From Bigelowiella natans CCMP2755 (lineage: Eukaryota > Protista > Cercozoa): a stretch of 47,136 nt of DNA. This document shows, one piece after another, positions 39,048-47,136 of this stretch. The number at the start of each line of letters is the position of its first letter. Positions within the stretch are counted from its first letter, which is position 1. The position numbers and the translations under genes are program-made. The stretch covers positions 1 through 47,136 of the forward strand of contig ADNK01002980.1 of the NCBI GenBank assembly GCA_000320545.1, given 5' to 3'. Under the pieces are notes generated by a model that saw nothing but the letters and a program-made list of their open reading frames with translations, made no database searches and had not been told where the DNA came from.

Positions 39048-40157
39048 ACACACGCTACCAAGATCTGCAGGCCCTCATTGTAGGCATTTTTCCTCAACAC
39101 CTTTGAGACTACATCAAGGACATTTAAATCGACCATCTCCTCGCACGAGACCTGTGGAAACACGCGATAGTGAGCGTTTTGTTACAATACCCATCATCTT
39201 CATCAATCCTAAAGGCAGGCAGTAGCACCTCATCGACGCATAAATTAGTGAGACATGTAAGAGAGTACGAGAGCATCTTTCCGAATTTTGATCTGAGATG
39301 TGATAACAGGAAAAGATCCATGATGATGAAGATGATGATGACAATGATGATAACCGAGGATACTCATATTTATCCGAATGCTCTTCCATCAAAAGGTCAA
39401 TAGCCTATTCTCTTTCAACTTTTATTTTTCATGTGATGCTACTTGGCAGTCATATCCTTGAGCAGCTGCTTGATGACTTCTTTGTTGCGTGAAATGTATT
39501 TGGCCTTCTTACGGTTCTACATTAGGTGAGCGAGGGGGGATTAGGCATTGTTCTGTACGAAGAGATCTTAAATACGTCGTTAGAATATATAGGCACGCTG
39601 CTCTAATTTCCAAAGTCTCTCTAAGCGGAGTTGCCTGCAATCTCGATACCTTTGTGCGTTTTCGCAGCTTGTCGAGCACACTAATTCGGCCCTTTTCATC
39701 GGTCACTGAAGATCTTGCAGCGACGACGACCGAATCGCGTCTCCCCGCGGTCTGTCTACGGGGTCTACCCTGTGAATAGCTCTTTGCTGGAGACTACAGG
39801 AGGAGAAGGAGGGAGAATGATTGAGGAGAGGCGTTATTGTATGTGCCCTCGCATTAATCGTTTTTCAGGGGATCTATCTTCGAATCGGGAAGGTTGAAGA
39901 TAAAATATGACTACGAGCACAAATAGAAGACCTGTTGGGTGGACTTCACATCAGTGCCTCCTGTCTTCTTATCACCATTTTTTATGTCGAAAGACTGGCT
40001 TGCTCTTGATCGCCGTCGAGCTAGTGCGGCTTGAAGCTCTGAGAGATAAGAAAATCATAAGTTTCTCATAATCAAAATAGAAAGAGGCGGTCGGTCCCGA
40101 GTCTCGTTAAGAATCGAAACCAACGAAGGGATATTGACTACCGTTGGAGTTAGGCAT
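32321..40157 (-). CDS. Giant armadillo/HEAT-repeat protein with C-terminal PH domain, ~1,900 aa, ~15 exons; GAC (glideosome-associated connector)-like
   Basis: Two long exons (~33512-36414 and ~36588-37785) encode continuous ARM-type helices (e.g. GGVQVIGEIMKRYHDRADVLEKCCYALRGLS). The last exon encodes a PH fold (FLIAGMEIKWHTKKHGP..LHVSKNLKNIVW..AFVVSGEDAILSFECPSEAMRNKWIKALEAL). Small 5' exons splice in frame back to MPNSNELQAALARRR at 40157. Confidence 0.85.
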
Positions 40158-41130
40158 CGTTCTCCTGTCCTATTTCCTTATTGTCGAGCTGATAAATGTC
40201 CAATAATTGACAGAATCTCAATTCTGACGCAGTCTTGCGTCTTATGAAGTCGATTCTTACCGTACGGTGCTTCTCCAGAATAGTTTGCAGGTGGTGGGGG
40301 AAGGTGAACACACCCGAATTTGCAAAGCTCAACTGAATAAAATCCAGACGTCTTCATAAGTACGGCAACCATAAAGAGGATATATTATACTAAATTGGAA
40401 GGCATTTACGTTCCCTTTTCCAGCAGCACGAAAGCGTATCTTTGCCCTGAACAAAAGGCTATTTTAGAGCATTATTAGTTTAAAAGGAATGACGTATCTA
40501 TTTTTCATACTAATTTTCAGTTTTTTCATTGGCACAATTCGAATGTTCGCTTCCGGCTTGGCGTTTCATGCTTGATTTGGGGATAAATCTGCACTACTCC
40601 AAATTATTCATGGTCGCAGCTTGCTTTCTCCATGATATTTGGATCGTAAAAGTATTCACGCCTACCTCCGATGTTCCTCGCTCAAAAACTATCTTTCGCC
40701 TTTCACATCGATGGTTCAGAATATTTCCGAGTAAACATATCCATGAGAACTTTAACGGTGCTGAAAATACATTTGAATCTTACTATTAATATACACAAAT
40801 GGATGTCGCAAGATAAAAATGCCAGTACTTTCATTATGAGTATTCCGAATCGTATTTTGATATTACATCGGGAGTGAGGTAGGTCACCCACCCACCTATC
40901 GCCACCTTCTAGGATGCCTGTGCATCTGTAACATAGTAGTATCCTTCGTTTACAGGATGTTTTTCATTCTCCCTGTAGGCACAAAACATTTTCCCAGGAC
41001 CTGGATTTGTTCAACAGATGTGGCCACGAACTCGGCGAGAAGGGTACCATTTCCGATTTATGACACGCTCTCATGCTTGACGCTGCGATCTCCCAGATTC
41101 CGGGTGCGAAGTGCAGCCTTTCCTCGCTTG

Positions 41131-42232
<1,102 letters not shown>

Positions 42233-43095
42233 TAAGTTCTGAATAGGAAAGAAGTGCATTAACGGTTGTCACCGGTCAACTCTTCTCCATATCTCCCCCC
42301 ATATGCATGTAATCAGCAGTTCCGTCTAAGCACATCTGTGTATAGAGATATAAGTGGAGATAAATGCTGCAAGTATGCCCTACACTATATCAATATATTT
42401 AGGCAGCGCTCCAAGAAGTTTGAATGTTTTTTGTTGCATTGCATCTGTACTACAGCGTACGCATAACACGCGGGCTACATTTCGGGATGCTGGACGTTTT
42501 GGCCTGCCATAGCCTCTTACATATGCTAGTATGTGCAGGCGCCCGATTAAATCGCAATGGATTGCGTGTCCACCGGTTGATGCACAGATATATTATGCGC
42601 GAAATGCATGTGCGAAATGACCGTTGACTAGGACGCCGATTACTTACGCAAAGCTAGAAAGATATTGCAATGGGCGCGCATGCGCGCCTGGGCCAATGTA
42701 GTAGGTAGCGAGCGGATGCAAGCTGCGGGCTCCTGTGCTTCATTTGTGTGTGTCATTAACATAACAGCATCTTATTACAGAATTGTGTGTGCTAGCTGTG
42801 GCCTGTACATATGTCGTCTATCTATCGCAGCATAGATTATCCACGGCGCATACAAACAGCTGCAAATTAACATGTATGAAGCTACAGGGGAATATTCATC
42901 GGTCTTTGACGTATCCTAAGCTTAAATAGCTAATATCACGTGGCAGTCAACAGTACTCAGGATGTAAATAATCAATTATTTATTGAAGGGTTTAAATACA
43001 AATCAAGAGATCCTTCATTTCATCTCTATGTACAGTCTTAAATCTCATCATTCCTGCTGTCACATGTACGCATCGATCTTTTGTTTCACCGTTCT

Positions 43096-44405
43096 CTACT
43101 TATCAGCCCCCCCCTCCGGATCTGCTTGCGAAGGAGTCGCCTTTTGATTTCCATCACCAGAACCGCTTCCTTCGATCATCTTTTTATCTCCTACTGCGTT
43201 CTTGCCGACTTCTTCATTGTACGCCTTACTGGCGACCTTGAGGGCTTTCTGCGCCTGTTTTTTCGCAATTCCCTATATGACGTCGATGAGGTTGGATAAT
43301 ACGACGCACAAATATGTTAGCCACCGAAGAGAGGCAGTTAGGAGTACAAGCACACTTACATCTCGAGAGTATGAGGAGGCGGCTCACAACAAAACACTGA
43401 CAGAGCTTCTATTGTTTGCTCGCTCTTCTCTTGCTACCTACCACCAAAGGACCACCTTGTAATCTGTGCATTGAGAGACGCTCGTCATGGCCTTCGTTAC
43501 GTTGGTGTACGCCTCCACGCCGCCCGCTACAACCTCTCCGACCTAATTGTTACGTTTACTAAATTGACATTATTCGCGGAGCATGGCGAGTGGGGCGATA
43601 GGATTGCCGTGTAAAAACACAGTGGCTAGTGTACACAAAACCCAGCGCGCGCTCCATTGATAGGCCCTTCGTCTGCGCTACCCATCGATGCAAAAAAATA
43701 CAATTTGAACATCACATTCCTCACCTCGGCTCCGAAGCCATACTCAGCGATCTCAGAGGTAGCATCCCCAAGTTCCTTCGCCAGTCCAGCAACCAAACAC
43801 ACGCACGGCAGCACCAGGAAGAAAAACAAACGACAGATGACCGCCGATCGTAAGGTTGATGCTATCACCTCTCCCTGTGCACCCCTTTCTACCCCCCTCC
43901 CCCCCCTTTAAGAAAGAAACAAATGTAGGAGAGACCACTGTCGCACGGGACGGAAATTTTGAGGCCGCGCTCTTTTTGGAGGGGTTTGAGGTGTACGTGC
44001 GCCAGACAAAAGCTACTAATTTGTGTATGTGTGCGTGCGGGGCTCTGACCTGCGTGAGCTGCACGCCGGCATCTTTCATCGCCAACACAACTTGAGTCCA
44101 TGAAACTGCCGCCTGAAAGAAGGACGAGGAGAAGGAGGAGAAGAAGAAGGAGGGTAAGGGGGAGGGGGGGAGGACAGGAGAAGAAGAAGAATATTAAGAA
44201 AAAGAATGAGCACAGCCATAACCAAATGATCCCCAAATCCAAATCTCTCCTCTTTTTGCCTCTTTGCTTAACGTGTGTGAAAGAAACTACGCCGACCCCG
44301 CACAGCACCTTTCCGATGACTTTCTCCGCTGCCTTTGCAGCATCACCAACGGGACCCTGAATCTTTCCTAGCATCTACTCACAAACAGTAAAATCCATTT
44401 ATCAT

Positions 44406-44444
<39 letters not shown>

Positions 44445-44685
44445 GAGGAGGCAATACAATCAATGCAATTCTCCAGCAATAGCCTCCACGGAAAATGCTC
44501 GTAGTCATCGGCAGGTCTATGCGCGTGTTTGCTCTTGAGTCGTCATCGTTAGCATTAAGAAAGCGTGTGCAGGCTTAGAGAAGTGATGGGCCGCACTTAC
44601 TTTGAGTCTTGGAGAGGAGGAGGAGGAGGAGGAGGTCTGTGACGAAGCTTGGGCTTGCGGCCTCTAGCGTATTCACAATTACATA

Positions 44686-44743
<58 letters not shown>

Positions 44744-44760
44744 ATTATGTGTGTGTGTGC

Positions 44761-44823
<63 letters not shown>

Positions 44824-44952
44824 CATGCATGCATGCATGCATGCGTTAAGATGTGTACACATGCATACTTTGAGATTTAATATCAATTTACTATAATTAC
44901 GCGTATCGTCGTCTTCGTCGTCATCATCACCCGTTTTGGTTGTCACGTCATT

Positions 44953-44985
<33 letters not shown>

Positions 44986-45266
44986 GTCGTCATGTCATCT
45001 TCTTCTCACTCGCCATCCCCGTAGCAATACGGCCCGCTATCATCCCTGCGTCACCCACAAGCTCCTGATATGTCGTCGTAAAAGGTAAGGGGGGCGCGGC
45101 GTGGAAGGGAGGGAAGGGGGGGAGGGAGGTACGTGGACATATCTATTTTTGAATAGTACTTCGACGAGAGCCTCTGATATCACCGCAGCACCGGCAGAGA
45201 ATCTTGGGAAGGGGAGGGGAGAGGGTTTGAGAGGGGGAGGAGGAGGAGGAGGAAGAGCTTAATGTT

Positions 45267-45309
<43 letters not shown>

Positions 45310-45624
45310 GCCGTGTTTTATATACGTTCGTATTGCATCACAGCAGGGAGGGTCATGACGGCGGCGAGCACGGTCATAAAGCCAAAAGAACGACGCCAAG
45401 CGGCAAACATGCACGAGATCGAAAGATCGTCATCTTTCTTCCTTACTGTTGCGCCTTCAGGATGGCTGCCTTGACGCGCGGAGGAATCTTGACCCCCTTG
45501 GTGCTGTGCCCGATCTTTGACTGTGTGTTGGCACAGATTAGACAGTAGGAGACACCGACGATTGCTGCTACCTCTCAGGAATAGCTTATGTGTGTGATTC
45601 CTCCCCCATGGTAGTACCATACTG

Positions 45625-45657
<33 letters not shown>

Positions 45658-46110
45658 TTACACCTACTACTGCGACAGGCAAGCACAACCTTTAATACGG
45701 ACTTCCCGATTCGAATGCCCATCGCCACCATCTCCGTCGACGCTTTAATGCCCTGCACCGTCATGTCCTTGCTCGCGTCAATGTACGCCTCTACCTTCTC
45801 GCCAGTTGTCTTCTTGTCGCGCCCCGCGGACTATAGTTATCATTATCATCGTTATTATTATTATTATTATCATTATTGCTGTTGTTATTATTTGTTGTTG
45901 TTGTAGTAGTAGTAGTAGAAGTAGAATGAGAATGTCGCTTTGAAGAAAAACAAGGGAGAGCATGAAGAGGAGGTGCGCGACGGTGTGTATATGTGCATGC
46001 ATATATGCGTGTGTGTGTGTATAGCTGTACAGTCATTACAAACCTCTATCGCAACTGCCGTCTCAGTTAATGCTGTTTGTAGAGTCGACATTCCCTTGGA
46101 AGAATACAAA

Positions 46111-46163
<53 letters not shown>

Positions 46164-46508
46164 GAACAGCAGGATAAGAGGGTAGAATGTGTAGTCTTTG
46201 CCGTACACTCACGTATTATTATCTTCGGTGTTGTGGCTTCTGCGTCGTATGACTCATCTCTCCCAATCACTGTTTGTCTCTTATCTCCCTTCGCTCCCCC
46301 TTTCTTCGCCACCACACACCTCCTTGAGCGCGGCGTGTACATGCCTGTCTTTCACGAGCTTTTGCACTTCGTTGGTTGCTTTCTTAACGGCTACGACGGC
46401 GTCCGTCATCGAGTCGGATGTCCATGTCCCAAGCTGCGTGGCGGTCGACATGATATAGTCGTGATGATGGGGTGATAACGATGCTTTCGAGGAGGAAGGG
46501 GGTGATGG

Positions 46509-46557
<49 letters not shown>

Positions 46558-46979
46558 GCTCCTCACCGCTTGAGCTCTCTCCACCATCTTCAGCTGCTCA
46601 GACAATGCGCCCAGCCTGGTCAGTATTGGAAGAATGAGAGGGAGGAGAGGGGGAGGGAGGAGGAGGAAGAGAAGGAGAAAGAGGTGTGCAGAAGAGGTTA
46701 AGAGTCTGCTGCTTGCACGATGTCTATTAAACATTGCACCTCTCGATTTTCTTTCCTCTAACCCCCTAAATATCCCCCCCCCCCCCACCCCCGCCCGAAA
46801 TTTGATTCCACTCCTCCAAGCCCTTGCTTGCCTGGTCATGAGCTGCTTAGACGATTTCCCTCCCTTTTTCTTTGCAGCTGCGAGAAGGCCGTCTACAGCG
46901 GTGGTGAGCTTTCGGACGCCTTCTTTCGAAAGATCCTGCGCCTTGTTTAGCCTGTCGACGAGCTTCAATTCCTCCATCC
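43096..46979 (-). CDS. Senescence/spartin-associated domain protein (probably continues beyond the right edge)
   Basis: Spliced exons give KIPPRVKAAILKAQQFSAGAAVISEALVE..AAVSWTQVVLAMKDAGVQLTQELGDATSEIAEYGFGAEVGEVVAGGVEAYTNV, resembling the senescence (spartin) domain. An upstream helical segment is loosely MIT-like. One junction (~46460) does not phase cleanly. Confidence 0.7.
44682..44843. repeat. Compound intronic microsatellite (CA)n(GA)n..(GT)n(GA)n(CATG)n
   Basis: Directly visible. Similar compound arrays occur at ~4053-4120, ~9151-9202, ~27345-27490, ~33370-33460 and ~46110-46160. Confidence 0.95.
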
Positions 46980-47136
46980 CTAGTGGCAGTAGTACGCACA
47001 GACATTGTATTCTACTATAACGTGTGTGTGGGGGAAGGGGGGGGGGGGGGATTTAGGGGGGGAGAGGAAAGAAAATCGAGAGGGGGGATGTTTAATAGAC
47101 ATCGTGCGAGCGGGGGGGTTCCAAGTTTGACTCCGG

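Noticed and set aside
46455-46567. Apparent non-canonical acceptor in the spartin-like gene
   Set aside because: The nearest AG is one base out of frame next to a C homopolymer, so a sequencing indel explains it equally well.

Overview
Gene-dense, intron-rich eukaryotic nuclear DNA with GT-AG introns that are often filled with (GA)n/(CA)n/(TA)n microsatellites. It is not prokaryotic, and I found no CRISPR array, rRNA or credible tRNA. Intron style and apparent bipartite signal+transit presequences suggest a secondary-plastid alga, probably a chlorarachniophyte (inference). Most entries in the ORF track are intron or antisense noise. Manual splicing gives, in order: 5' part of a myosin (-); rhodanese + dual-specificity phosphatase ending in a CaaX-like box (+); intronless fucosyltransferase-like gene (-); ~25-LRR protein with a RanBP2-like zinc finger (+); two orphan candidates (+); secreted beta-lactamase/PBP-fold protein (-); WDR70 (+); Mpv17/PMP22 (-); TLC-domain protein (-); a degenerate repeat island; a ~1,900-aa armadillo-repeat + C-terminal PH protein with the architecture of the apicomplexan glideosome-associated connector GAC (-); a HINT protein with a presequence (+); and a spartin/senescence-domain gene (-). 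The most notable items are the GAC-like protein, the beta-lactamase-fold protein, a TpA-loss substitution pattern among repeat copies, and purine/pyrimidine-alternating tracts behind gene 3' ends. Exon boundaries were read by eye, and some homopolymer frame slips may be sequencing errors.
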